From Macrostomum lignano (Eukaryota): a stretch of 64,000 nt of DNA. Below are positions 1 through 12,805 of the stretch, piece by piece (the stretch's first letter is position 1; every line of letters begins with the position of its first letter). The notes under the pieces are model-generated. The model was not told the origin of the DNA, ran no database searches, and saw only the letters and a list, made by a program, of their open reading frames with translations. The translations under genes were made by a program, and so were the position numbers. The stretch covers positions 219,539-283,538 of the forward strand of contig NIVC01001275.1 in NCBI GenBank assembly GCA_002269645.1, in the 5' to 3' direction.

Positions 1-2007
1 GGCCACGAATCGCTTGTTGTACTGAATGCGGCGCTTAGCCCGGCCAGTTTTGGCCTTGTGCTTCTCCTGCTTGGCCACTTTTGGCGTCTGGCCGCGCACT
101 TTGCCAGCTCGGGCCAGCGAGCCGTGCACCTTGCCGCCGGGTAGCAACGCCTGGATGTCCAGAGTGGTGCCTTCGGTGGCCACCTGTGGTACAGCGGAGG
201 GGGTAGGGGTGGGACATGACACTTGCTTGATACAAATCAAAACCGTTTCTGTCATTTTAACCTAGAGTTCAGTTGTTCTTAATCAGATCCCACAATAGCT
301 GTCAATCCAATCAGATCCCACAATAGCTGTCAATCCAATCAGATCCCACAATGGCTGTCAATCCAATCAGATCCCACAATAGTTGTCAATCCAATCAGAT
401 CCCACAATGGCTGTCAATACAATCAGATCCCACAATAGCTGTCAATCCAATCAGATCCCACAATAGTTGTCAATCCAATCAGATCCCACAATAGCTGTCA
501 ATCCAATCAGATCCCACAATAGCTGTCAATCCAATCAGATCCCACAATAGCTGTCAATCCAATCAGATCCCACAATAGTTGTCAATCCAATCAGATCCCA
601 CAATAGCTGTCAATCCAATCAGATCCCACAATAGCTGTCAATCCAATCAGATCCCACAATAGCTGTCAATCCAATCAGATCCCACAATAGCTGTCAATCC
701 AATCAGATCCCACAATGGCTGTCAATCCAATCAGATCCCACAATAGTTGTCAATCCAATCAGATCCCACAATAGCTGTCAATCCAATCAGATCCCACAAT
801 AGCTGTCAATCCAATCAGATCCCACAATGGCTGTCAATCCAATCAGATCCCACAATAGTTGTCAATCCAATCAGATCCCACAGGCACAATAGTTGTCAAT
901 CCAATCAGATCCCACAATGGTTGTCAATCCAATCAGATCCCACAATAGCTGTCAATCCAATCAGATCCCACAATAGTTGTCAATCCAATCAGATCCCACA
1001 ATAGTTGTCAATCCAATCAGATCCCACAATAGCTGTCAATCCAATCAGATCCCACAATAGCTGTCAATCCAATCAGATCCCACAATGGCTGTCAATACAA
1101 TCAGATCCCACAATAGCTGTCAATCCAATCAGATCCCACAATAGTTGTCAATCCAATCAGATCCCACAATAGCTGTCAATCCAATCAGATCCCACAATAG
1201 CTGTCAATCCAATCAGATCCCACAATGGCTGTCAATCCAATCAGATCCCACAATAGCTGTCAATCCAATCAGATCCCACAATAGTTGTCAATCCAATCAG
1301 ATCCCACAATAGCTGTCAATCCAATCAGATCCCACAATAGCTGTCAATCCAATCAGATCCCACAATAGCTGTCAATCCAATCAGATCCCACAATAGCTGT
1401 CAATCCAATCAGATCCCACAATAGCTGTCAATCCAATCAGATCCCCAATAGCTGTCAATCCAATCAGATCCCACAATAGCTGTCAATCCAATCAGATCCC
1501 ACAATAGCTGTCAATCCAATCAGATCCCACAATAGCTGTCAATCCAATCAGATCCCACAATGGCTGTCAATCCAATCAGATCCCACAATAGCTGTCAATC
1601 CAATCAGATCCCACAATAGTTGTCAATCCAATCAGATCCCACAATAGCTGTCAATCCAATCAGATCCCACAATAGCTGTCAATCCAATCAGATCCCATAA
1701 TGGCTGTCAATCCAATCAGATCCCACAATAGCTGTCAATCCAATCAGATCCCACAATAGCTGTCAATCCAATCAGATCCCTAAAATAAGTGCTAAGTTAG
1801 CAAGCCAAGCATGCACTATGCAAAACTCACAGTCGCAATGGTGGCATCATCGTCCAGAGCTTCACCGGCAGCGGCAAACACAGCCAGGCCTAGAGGAGAG
1901 GCGCCGCACTGTTCGCCAGCCCAGGTCTTCAGGTCGGCAATGGTGTCCTCGGCGGCAAACTGCTTGGCGATGGTGTCGCCAGTAGGCAGGGATACAAACA
2001 CGGGCAT
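1..2007 (-). CDS. FAU: Ubiquitin-like FUBI / 40S ribosomal protein S30 fusion (partial, 3' end beyond window start)
   Basis: Exon 2007..1831 ([11 protein letters not shown]...DDDATIAT, donor GTGAGT) splices in phase 0 to exon 183..1 (acceptor CAG): [17 protein letters not shown] then [44 protein letters not shown]. This gives a 76-aa Ubl ending in GG followed by the canonical S30 N-terminus. Confidence 0.97.
281..1780. repeat. 28-bp minisatellite filling the FAU intron
   Basis: Unit CAATCCAATCAGATCCCACAATAGCTGT, about 53 copies with few variants. Confidence 0.97.
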
Positions 2008-3169
2008 GATTTCTGGCAGGTTCTCTTTGCGTTGGATTGCTACTAGGAGCTGAAGATTGATGGGATTAAAAAGTACTCCAGAGTGCAGATTAAAGAAGAC
2101 TGACAATAGTCAGTGTTCCAGCTTCATGTTACTTGTACTTGATGCTCACATATAACATGTTTTCCAGACAATTGCTATTATAGACAATGGAATATTCCAT
2201 ATTTGTACTATAGTACTAGATAGGACAAAATCTAGTGTTATATATTAATAAATATTGGCCTTAGGATACACCAATATTATTAGGATCATTAACCTTTCTG
2301 TAATGTTGCCGTTGTTTAGATTATTTACATAAGCCCTAAAGGCTTGGGTTATTTTTTTTTAAATACAGGCTATTGTTCTATTATAAAGATCATGCAAAAT
2401 ATATGCTAGAAAAATTGATATATTAAAAAATAAGTGTTACCACTCTAGAAAGAGAGCAAGATTGGTACTCAAGAGCTGTAGCCCCTCCCTATTCCTCCCT
2501 TGACACAGCCACTGGTGCCAACTATAGGCCAATGTCAACTGTATATTGGTAACCCAAAAAAATTATATTGGGAATTTTTTGGTATGTCCTATATCTCTAT
2601 ATGCTCTTAATAGCTAGAATCCTCCAATATATATGCTAGAAGCCATCTGTCTCTTTGTATGTGTATAAGATATGCCAAGCAAAAAGCATAAGTTGCACCA
2701 GTTTTAAATCATCTAGACTCTTGTTGTGTAGTAGTTTTATCTACTGCCTTTTTGTCTACTAGTAGATGAAATACAAGGTAGCATTTTCTAATAAATATAG
2801 GACATAACATTGTCCCAGTCTTGTATGTATACCCAGAACTGGATTAAAGTAAATGATATATAATTTATTGTCTGCATCAATGTATAAAAGTTGTTTTATA
2901 TCTTTGCAATAGTTTTATATTTTTGTGTATATACCTTATTGGAAGGAAACCTTATTTAGCCTTTATTCAATCATTCGAGTCAGTGATATTTTTAAACTTT
3001 CATTGGTCATGGATCTTGCACTTCATTTCCAAAATAAAAAAACAATAAATGAAGCTGGTTGAAATACCAAACTATTTAAGTGCTACAAGGATACTGTACT
3101 TTGGATTTCAATTAGTCATTCAATTGGATCAGTTAGTGTGACAAACCAAGGATGAACATTTTGCTCAAT

Positions 3170-3860
3170 TATAGGAAGTAGTTTGCAAAGGCAATGCTAA
3201 CTATAAACACTGGCGACTGCTAATGAGCAAAGATTGCTAAGCAAGTACATCTGATCTGTTGGAGTTATATTTCTTAATGGGTAATATTTATATATAACAA
3301 ATAAGGAAGTAATTGATGAGAATTGTTGCCAACTAGCCAAGCTATGCAAAGATTCTGGCTATCTAGTATGCACAATTAATGTTCTATGCAGCAGAGCCAA
3401 TTACCAACTTGAAGATATCTAGAACCAACTAGGCCTGATTCAAAAGCTTCATCTGGTTGTTGGTTGTTGTGTAATACTAATGAGGAATATTGTCTATTTA
3501 GTGGCTTAGTTAATAGATCTAATGGAATTATTTATAGAATATGCTATATGACATGTACAAAACTGCCTAGTCTGCCTATAGTGGTATGGGTTGAGTTCAA
3601 CAAATATAGTAGGAACTTGCATTGTCTATCCAGGAATAGCAATGACCTCAGTGGAGAATGATTCCAATTGGAACAATCAGAAAAGCCTCTGTCATTTGTA
3701 GTATCCAACAATTGCCACTAAAATTGGCCTAGGTTATTACAATTCACAATTTGCAAAGAATGATACTGAACAAAATTTTTATTGACATAGGCTATGGCCA
3801 AAGCAAATAAAAGTCAATAGTTTGGCTTGCTTTACATTGCACTATTGTGTTTATTGTCTG
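3170..3860 (+). pseudogene. Degenerate PIF1-family helicase, probably a Helitron/Helentron RepHel remnant
   Basis: Broken-frame motifs LHLVVGCCVILMRNI, SGLVNRSNGIIYRI, LPIVVWVEFNKYS, QQLPLKLA*VITIHNLQRMILNKIFIDIG and GLLYIAL match the PIF1 C-terminal motifs (LPLKLAWAITIHKSQGMTL...GxxYVALSR). Multiple stops and frameshifts. Confidence 0.7.
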
Positions 3861-4139
3861 ACAGATTTGCACATCAATGCTTGCAAAAGTAAAAGTATTT
3901 GTACCAGTGTATATACCTTTAAAAGCTGAATATTTTAAATGAATTAGCAATTATCAACCAAGAAGAAGTGGAACTTGTCCAAAGCAGGGGTAAGTATAGT
4001 ATTAGCTTATTAAATTTTAACAATGCAAATGTTGATTGGAAACATTATATTACATGTACTTATTTTTATTTTAGATTATATCTTTAGAGTTGTTTATTCA
4101 AAATTGTTATTCATTTAAACATCTCAGGTGAAATGTTTG

Positions 4140-5370
4140 TCATATTGTCAGTAGTAGCTTAGCATAGCCAAAACAATTTGCTTAAAGCATTTTGCCACAC
4201 TAAAAAATAGTAGCAGCTCCTAGATGTATATAATTGTGCTAAGCTAATGCTAGAATTTAAAGCAAATATCAGTTTAGTGAAAGTGTATTTGATAGAGACT
4301 ATTAGGAAAACAGTATGCAATTCTAATGTTCAAACTTCTATAATCAGTTGTGTGCATTCAGGCAAGGTAAAAATCCAGTTGCAATAGTTGCAGTTGTAGA
4401 GTAGCAGAGCTCTATTCCAATGTTGACAATAGAAGTTCAGGAGTCTGAGGATATGATCTTTGCAATTGTTTATCAATCAATTGCTATGAAGGAAATGTCT
4501 GAAGTCTATCCAGAAGTGCTACTATTTGACACTACTTATAAGGTGGACAATTGTAACATGCTACTCTTTTGCCAATGGTTAAAGATGGTGACAATAGTAT
4601 CTAAGTATCTAAGACTATTAATACTAATTGCTAATGAAATAGCTAAGACTGTAGCAAATGCTGTAAACTTTTTATCACTTTTTGTAGCATATGATAAAGT
4701 TTGCTGCTTAATAGTTGACAAAGACCTGACAGCTTTAAAAATTTTGAATAAGTGCTTTTACAATGCTAAGCCAAATTTGTGCAAATTTCACATTTTATGA
4801 ACTCTTATGAAAGTGCAGTCCTTAAGCTCCTAGAAAATATGGTCCACACAGTGACAGAAGCAGAATTTGAAAGATCTCATTGCCAGCTGCAGCAATTGGC
4901 ATTGCCATATCTTCTAGAGTACTTCAAAAAAGTAGGTTCTCTTGTAGGCATCAGTGGGCAAAGTGCTATAGGAAGTTTTGCCTTAACCTTAGTACAAGTG
5001 ATACTCAGCAACTAGAATGTTTTCATTGGTAGGTGAAGGATATCATTAGACACAATTTGGAGATTACATTTTTTGTTGCCAACTTTCCATTCCTACTTCA
5101 CTCAACTGATAAAAAGTTGAATCACTAGGTATTCAATACAAAAAACAGACCAACAACAGTACTATCAAGCTCAAGCTTTTTATACAAATAATTTAAAGTC
5201 TTGGCACCATTTCCTTTTGCTCAAATTGAGAAGAAATCAAAGAATGTGTCATTAACCACTGTCACTGAAAAGTTAGAAAATAGTTGAAAAGGTGTTCTGC
5301 GTGTTAGTAGTCTAACTTGCCAGTGTGCTGCCTTCAATTCCTTTTCACTGCCATGTAAGCACATTTTGCA
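4140..5370 (+). pseudogene. Degenerate Mutator-like (MULE) transposase with SWIM zinc finger
   Basis: YPEVLLFDTTYKVD (about 4507), IVDKDLTA, NLCKFH (about 4776) and SWIM CQCAAFNSFSLPCKHIL (about 5298-5348), interrupted by stops and frameshifts. Confidence 0.8.
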
Positions 5371-6089
5371 ACTCCAAGTATGGGAACTCTTGCTATTATT
5401 TCATGAAGATTTGATCATATGATGATGGTTTCATAGCTACTGGCTTTCTATGACTAGATTGAACTCATCTAAGAGCTCCATTACTATCCATTCAATTGAC
5501 AAAAAAGTGTGTTCTAATAGATACATAGAAATTTTTTCAAGTGTACTCAGTTTGCAAATAGCTAGCACAAATCATTATCTGTTAGAATGGTTCAGTTAAG
5601 AAATTGAATGTCACTTCTGGAGCAAATGCTTTAGGGCTAGAAAGAAAGTCACTCTATTAGTATCCACTCCATATTAGGAATAAACCAAACATCCTTTGTG
5701 CCTGCATTAGGAAAGCATAGAATACACACCCAATGACAATATTTTTGCTACATTTGGCATTGATGCAAAGCTTGAGGTAGATATTCTTACATTTTTTACT
5801 TATACATTTTTAGCAACTGGATGCTGAGCAAATGCCCAAGGCTAAACAACTGGGGCTTTGGAGTCATTTAAGGTTTGTTTTTGGGAGTTATTTCCTACAT
5901 GCAATAGTTTTTTACTTGCAATCTAGTGTCCTCCTTTGGGGCACCCAATAAGGAAGGAACAAAAATTATTTATACAAATCCATTAAAAAGCACATTTTCT
6001 TAAGAACCAACTTATTTTTTAGTTTTATGCTAATATAAACCACCTTATTTTAGTAAAATTTTCACAGACAAATATATTTGCTATGAATC

Positions 6090-6950
6090 TATATATTGCC
6101 TTAAAGTAAAATGACACAAAAAAATAAAGCCTTCACAAAAGAAACATGCATTCCCTAGACCCCAACACCCCCTTAAATAGCAAGCACTCCCAGATAGCAA
6201 ACATCCCTTAGATTGCAAGCATCCCCCAGATAGCAAGTATCCCCCCAGATAGAAAGCATCCTCTAATAGTAAGCAACCCCAGATAGCAAGTATCCCCATA
6301 GATAGATAGCAAGCATCTTTAAGATAGCAAGCATCCTTCAAATAGCAATAAACCCTAAACAGCAAGTATACACCCCAATAGCAAGCACCTCCCAGATAGC
6401 AAGCAAACCTAGATAGCAAACATCCATGGATATAAAGAATCACTAGATAGCTAGCAACCCCCTCCTTAGACAGTAGGTACCCCCTACCCCTGAGAGCAAA
6501 CATCTCCCCAATATAACAAGCAACCCCAGATAGCAAGCATCCACTAGACATTAAGTAGCTAATGCAACAATTTCCTTAGCTAATGCAATGATTGCTATCT
6601 TAGGTAGTGCAATAATCATTTATTTATCAAATGCAATAATTTATGTCTTAGCTAGTGCAACAATCCTTTTCTATCATCAAGCATATTTTTCCTCTAGTGC
6701 AATAGTCGACATTTCATCTAATACAAGTATCCTTTTTTCATTTAGTGCAATAATCCTTTACTCATTAAGCACAATAATGCATGTTTCAACAAGTGCAATA
6801 ATCCTTTACTTACTAAGTGCAATAATCATTGTCTCATCAAATGCAATAATCATTGTTTCATCAAGCATAATAATCTTTTATTATTCTCATCAAGCATAGG
6901 GATATGATCATCAAGTGCAATAATCATTGTGTTTTTAATAAAAGCTTTCA

Positions 6951-6994
<44 letters not shown>

Positions 6995-7640
6995 CTATAC
7001 CAAGATTTGAACAAAGGTTGCTGCAGTAGTATTTCAGTCTGTTCATATCTAGGCTAGCTCTTCATTGAATTTATAAAATGAATTTGTAGCACTTATAATT
7101 CAATACTCATACCAAGTCAGATAAAGTAAAAGTTATATAAAGCAATTATGACAATCAATTTTTTCAGGTAAGTCAATACTAGTCTTTATTAAAGTTAGCA
7201 ATATGGTTATGCAACATAAATAAAGTCTTTTTTTATACTTCCACACTGCATTTTTAACACTGGCGCAATTCAATTCAATGTCGAAAATCAGCTAGGGGCC
7301 TAATAGATAGACTGAATAAATAAAAAGCCTAGTCTAATATAATTTATTCATAATCAGATCTTAGCTAGTCAGTTTTTTCCTTAGCATTCTTACAATGCAT
7401 TTCAAGTCAAAAATTGCTTGACCTTTGCAAAAAAGCATGTTTTTCACATATTTAATCCTTTTAGCATTAAGCAATTCCTTAACCATGTTGATTGTTGTAT
7501 ATACTAGGCCTATCATGGAAACAATTCTGATCAAATGGTGCAAGTTTGAAAGAATATTTTTTCTTCGATCAATTATATATCTATCTTATTATCTACTTAT
7601 CTAAATAAATATTGACAAACCATTTTCAGTATATGAAGTC
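6090..7640 (-). mobile_element. Old, CpG-depleted copy of the Helitron-like family seen at 9345-13387
   Basis: Shares the 18-bp GATAGCAAGCATCCCCCA array, the CCAC(C/T)AGACA...GTGC(G/A)ACAATTTCC spacer, and colinear blocks 7000-7560 matching 12860-13330. Boundaries approximate. Confidence 0.65.
6955..6991. repeat. (TA)n microsatellite
   Basis: Perfect TA run. Confidence 0.95.
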
Positions 7641-9749
7641 ATTTGTAGTCCTAGTTTTTTATATTAAATTATTTTTTGATACTAAACTTTTTAACAAACA
7701 AACCAAAAAGGCTTATTAAAGCATTACTAAAGCTTTACTAAAGTTTACTTTAAAGTTTACCTCCAAAGTTTATAAATGGTCTTAATGACAACCTTTTCAA
7801 GTTTTATTTTAACAAATTCCTTTGGCACTAGGTACTAAGTCTATCTATAGAAATACTTTAGCAATTTTTTTTAACCTATTACTATAGGTATAGTGAGTAA
7901 TGATATTTAAAAGCCTTCATGGTTTATAGACTTACACATATCTTAAATATGCTTTAGTAAACTCATTTTGGTTTATTTATTTAAAACTTTTAATTTTATA
8001 TAAAAATAATTTACTCTAAGAAACTATAATTAGGGCCTATGCTAACATGTATATATAATATATTGTCTAAATTTCTATGATCTAGAATTACATAGAATAA
8101 GCCTAATAAATCTAAATAAATTATCTACTCATTATTACTAATGGGGCCTATAGGCCCTAGGCCTATGTATTGTGCACTGCATTGACTCTAGTTAAAAATA
8201 GGCCTAAGCATCTTGGCCATAGACTAGGCCCTCATTATGGTAGCCTTCTAGCTTAAAATAGTTCATGGGGCCTAATCATAAATAAATTTCTAGAATAAAA
8301 ATAGTTTAAAGAATAGGTCTTGATAACTCAGTCACAACTGGCCAACTGTTGTATAACTAAGCCTAGGCTAGACCTAAAATAGGTAATGGGCAATGGCTAG
8401 AGTTCCGGCACTGGAACCTGTTTTCTAATGGCTATGGATCTGTCTAAAAATGTGTCGGCAAAAGTTATACAGGTTATGGATCTTCTGGCAGTCTTCTGCA
8501 GGTAGTTATCTACTAATAGTGCTTGATTACACTTAAAACACTTAAAATGTTGCAAAAAGTGTCGGCGAAAGTTATATAGGTTAGGCCTATGGATCTGGCA
8601 GTCTTCTGCAGGCAGTTATCTACTAATGAAGTCTTTGAACATTAGAAGTATCTTGTTTTGAATGTCATTGTTTCATTTTGATCTTATCTTGAACTAAATC
8701 CCAATATCAACCACCCATTAAAAAGTAAAATGTTTTTGCTATATTATACTGGCATTCCTTCAGTATACAATCATTGAAATTAGTGACAATCCCCATTGCC
8801 ATTGGAGGGATAGACCTAGAAAGATGACGAAAGTGCTGTTTTTTCATCAAAATGCAAAACAACAGCTGGCAACGCCAACAAGCACTCCGATAATTTTTAT
8901 TTATCCATCATAACACAGGCTTATAGCTACAGATAATGTTTGAATGAAAAGAGAAGGTAAGGGGCTTTGTGCTCCACTTCACTTCACGAGTCCAAGAATC
9001 GAAGACGATCCTATATATCCACTTCGGTTTATGATTATTTAAATGGGAATAATACATGTAAATGATCGTGAACCGAAGCTAGCCATGTATCGAGATAGCT
9101 ACAAGCATTATCTGAAATCAAGCACTATGGCACTAAGCACTAAGCACTATCCTCCTTGTGGAGGAATAGAGCCTGTTTTCCTAAACATAATAAACACACT
9201 ATAAACTTCAATGCAATACTTACTTAAGTAAGGTACCTTATCAGTGCTGTTACAGTTCTATTTTAAACACAAGAAATCGTAATGCATACGTACGTAGCCG
9301 CAGTACATTAACGCACACTAATCTATAAAAAGAAGATGACTCTACTAGTAGACCATAATTATGTGATTATGTTGTGACCGGACCTTTTTCTCAGCAGACG
9401 ACGCGCTTTTCGTTTTGTATAGTTATTTTACAAACTTTAAAGAATACACATACGTATTGCAAATACTATAAATAAATGTAAGTATTCTGTATTGATTTTT
9501 TTGACTTCTTTACAAATTTTTGTTAATTCGGTATATATTTTGAAATGAAAATTCTACTAAATAGCTTAATTCCTTGGAATTTTTTTTCTTTTTAGAAAAT
9601 TACTAGCAATCTTCGCCCCCCCCGATGGGGGACATCTGGATAGAACTTCTGTTCTCTACAAGTAAAAAAACCCCGCCAAATAGAGTCTTCACAAAGACAA
9701 CAGAAAAACTGCTCAAATGAAGCGCAATGCAAAAAGAAAACATCCCAAG

Positions 9750-9900
9750 ACAGCAAGCATCCCCCCTCCCCCCCCAGATAGCAAGCACCCCCAGATAGCA
9801 AGCACCCCTAGATAGCAAGCACCCCCCAGATAGCAAGCACCCCCAGATAGCAAGCATCCAATTGATAGCAAGTATCTATCCTTAAATAGCAAGCATCCAC
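9750..9900. repeat. 18-bp minisatellite
   Basis: Unit about CCAGATAGCAAGCA(T)CCC; the same unit occurs at about 6150-6540 and 11650-11940. Confidence 0.9.
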
Positions 9901-9989
9901 CAGACAAAAAGTATATAGTGCAACATTTCCTTTTAGCTTTCTAGGGGCTCCTTTATGATTGGCATGACGCTTCTTATTACGTTTGAAAA

Positions 9990-11648
9990 TGTCTCTCCTG
10001 TGTTTGAAATGGTGGCTATTTTATGTTTGAATTGGTGGCTTTTTAATGTTTGGCATGGTGACTCTTTAATGTTCTACATGGTGGCTCTTTAATGTTTGAC
10101 ATGGAGTCACATATATGTTTCACATGGTGGCTCTTCTATGTCTAACTTGGTAGCTCTTTTATGTTTGACATCGTGGCTCGTTAATGTTCGACATGGTGGC
10201 TCTTTAACGTTCGACATGGTGGCTCTTTAATGTTTGACATGGTGGCTCTTTACTGTTCGACATGCTGGCTCTTTAATGTTTGACATGGTGGCTCTTTAAT
10301 GTTCAACATGGTGGCTCTTTATTGTTTGACATGGTGGCTTTTTAATGTTTGACATGGTGTCTCTTTAATGCTCGACATTGTGGCTCTTTAATGTTCTACA
10401 TTGTGGCTCTTTAATTTTCTACATTGTTGCTCTTTAATTTTTGACATGGTGGCTCTTTAATGTTCTACATTGTGCTCTTTACTATTTGACATTGTGGCTC
10501 TTTAATGTTCTACATTGTGGCTCTTTAATATTTGACATGGTGGCTCTTTAATGTTCAACATGGTGGCTCTTTATTGTTTGACATGATGGCTACTTAATGT
10601 TCGACATGGTGGCTCTTTAATGTTTGACATGGTGTCTCTTTAATGTTTGACATGGTGGCTCTTTAATGTTTGACATGGTGTCTCTTTAATGTTTGACATG
10701 GTGGCTCTTTAATGTTTGACATGGTGGCTCTTTAATGTTTGACATGGTGGCTACTTAATGTTCGACATGGTGGCTCTTTATTGTTCGAAATTGTGGCTTT
10801 TTAATTTTCTACATGGTGGCTCTTTAATGTTCTAAATGGTGGCTTTTTAATGCTCTACATTGTGGCTCTTTAATGCTCTACATGGTGGCTCTTTATTGTT
10901 TGACATGATGGCTCTTTAATGTTTGACATGATGGCTCTTTAATGTTTGACATTGTGGCTCTTTAGTGTTCTACATTGTGGCTCTTTATTGTTTGACATGA
11001 TGGCTTTTTATTGTTTGACATCATGGCTCTTTAATGTTCTACATTGTGGCTCTTTATTGCTTGACATGGTGGCTCTTTAATGTGTGACATGGTGGCTCTT
11101 TAATGTGTGACATGGTGGCTCTTTAATGTTTGACATGGAGTCACGTATATGTTTGACATGTAGTCACGTATATGTTTGACATGGTGGCTCTTTAATGTTT
11201 GACATAGTGGCTCTTTTATGCTTGAAATGGTGGCTCTTTAATGTTCGACATGGTGGTTCTTTAATGTGTGACATGGTGGCTCTTTAATGTTTGACATGGA
11301 GTCATGTATGTTTTTGGCATGGAGTCACGTATATGCTTTACATGGTGACTCTTTAATGTTCGACATGGTGGCTCTTTAATGTTTGACATGGAGTCACATA
11401 TATGTTTGACATGTAGTCACATATATGTTTGACATAGTGGCTCTTTAATGTTTGACATAGTGGCTATTTTATGCTTGACATGGTGGCTCTTTAATTTTCG
11501 TCATGGTGGCTCTTTAATGTTCGACATGGTGGCTCTTTAATGTTTGTTATGTAGTCATGTGTATATGTTTTACATGGTGGCTCTTTAATGTTAGACAGGG
11601 AGTCACGTATATGTTTGACATGTAGTCACGTATATGTTTGACATGGTG
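9990..11648. repeat. 22-23-bp minisatellite array
   Basis: Unit about ATGTTTGACATGGTGGCTCTTTA. Confidence 0.95.
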
Positions 11649-11649
11649 G

Positions 11650-11940
11650 CTCCCCTAGATAGCAAGCATCCCCAAGATAGCAAGCATCCCCCAGATAGCA
11701 AGCATCCCAAAGTTAGCAAGCATCCCCCAGATAGCAAGCATCCCCAAGATAGCAAGCATCCCCCAGATAGCAAGCATCCCCAAGATAGCAAGCATCCCTC
11801 AGATAGCAAGCATCCACCAGATAGCAAGCATCTCCCAGATAGCAAGCATCCCCCAGATAGCAAGCATCCCCAAGATAGATAGCATCTCCAAATAGCAAGC
11901 ATCCCCAAGATAGATAGCATCCCCAAATAGCAAGCATCCA
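11650..11940. repeat. 18-bp minisatellite
   Basis: GATAGCAAGCATCCCCCA units; source of the DSKHPP pseudo-ORF. Confidence 0.95.
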
Positions 11941-12039
11941 CCAGACAATAAGTAGCTAGTGCGACAATTTCCTTAGCATTATAGCGGCTCCTTTAAAATT
12001 CGCTTACTTTTACGTTTGAAATTGTGTATCTTTTATGTT

Positions 12040-12805
12040 TAACAGGGTGGCTCTTTTATGTTATACATTGTGGCTCTTTTATGTTATACATTGTGGCTCT
12101 TTTTTGTTCTACGCTCGTACATGGTAACTCTTTTATGTTTGACACGGTGGCTTTTCAATGTCTGACATGGTGGCTCTTCTATGTTTGACATGGGGGCTCC
12201 TTTATGTTTGACATGGCGGCTCTTCTATGTTTGACATGGGGGCTCTTCTATGTTTGACAAAGTGGCTTTTTAATGTTTGACATGGTGGCTCTATTATGTT
12301 TGACATGGTGGCTCTTTAATGTTAGACAAAGTAGCTCTTTAATGTTTGACATGATGGCTCTTTAATGATAGACATGGTGGCTCTTTAATTTTTGACATGA
12401 TGGCTCTTTTATGTTTGACATGGTGGCTCTTTAATGTTTGACATGGTAGCTCTTTTATGTTCAACATGGTGGCTCTTTAATGTTCGACATGGTGGCTCTT
12501 TTATGTTCGACATGGTGTCGCTTCAATGTTTGACATGGAGTTACCTATATGTTTTACATGGTGGCTCTTTTATGTTCAACATGGTGGCTCTTTAATGTTT
12601 GACATGGGGTCTCTTCAATGTTTGACATGGAGTTACGTATATGTTTGACATGGTGGCTCTTTAATGTTTTACATGTAGTCACGTATATGTTTGACATGGT
12701 AGCTCTTTTATGTTTGACATGTAGTCACGTATATGTTTGACATGGTGGCTCTTATATGTTTGACATGGTAGCTCTTTTATGTTTGACATGGTGGCTCTTT
12801 AACGT
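12040..12805. repeat. Second 22-23-bp minisatellite array
   Basis: Same unit as 9990-11648. Confidence 0.93.

Noticed and set aside
281-1780. Possible CRISPR-like array in this and other regular arrays
   Set aside because: Units are head-to-tail with no unique spacers, there are no cas genes, and the context is eukaryotic introns.
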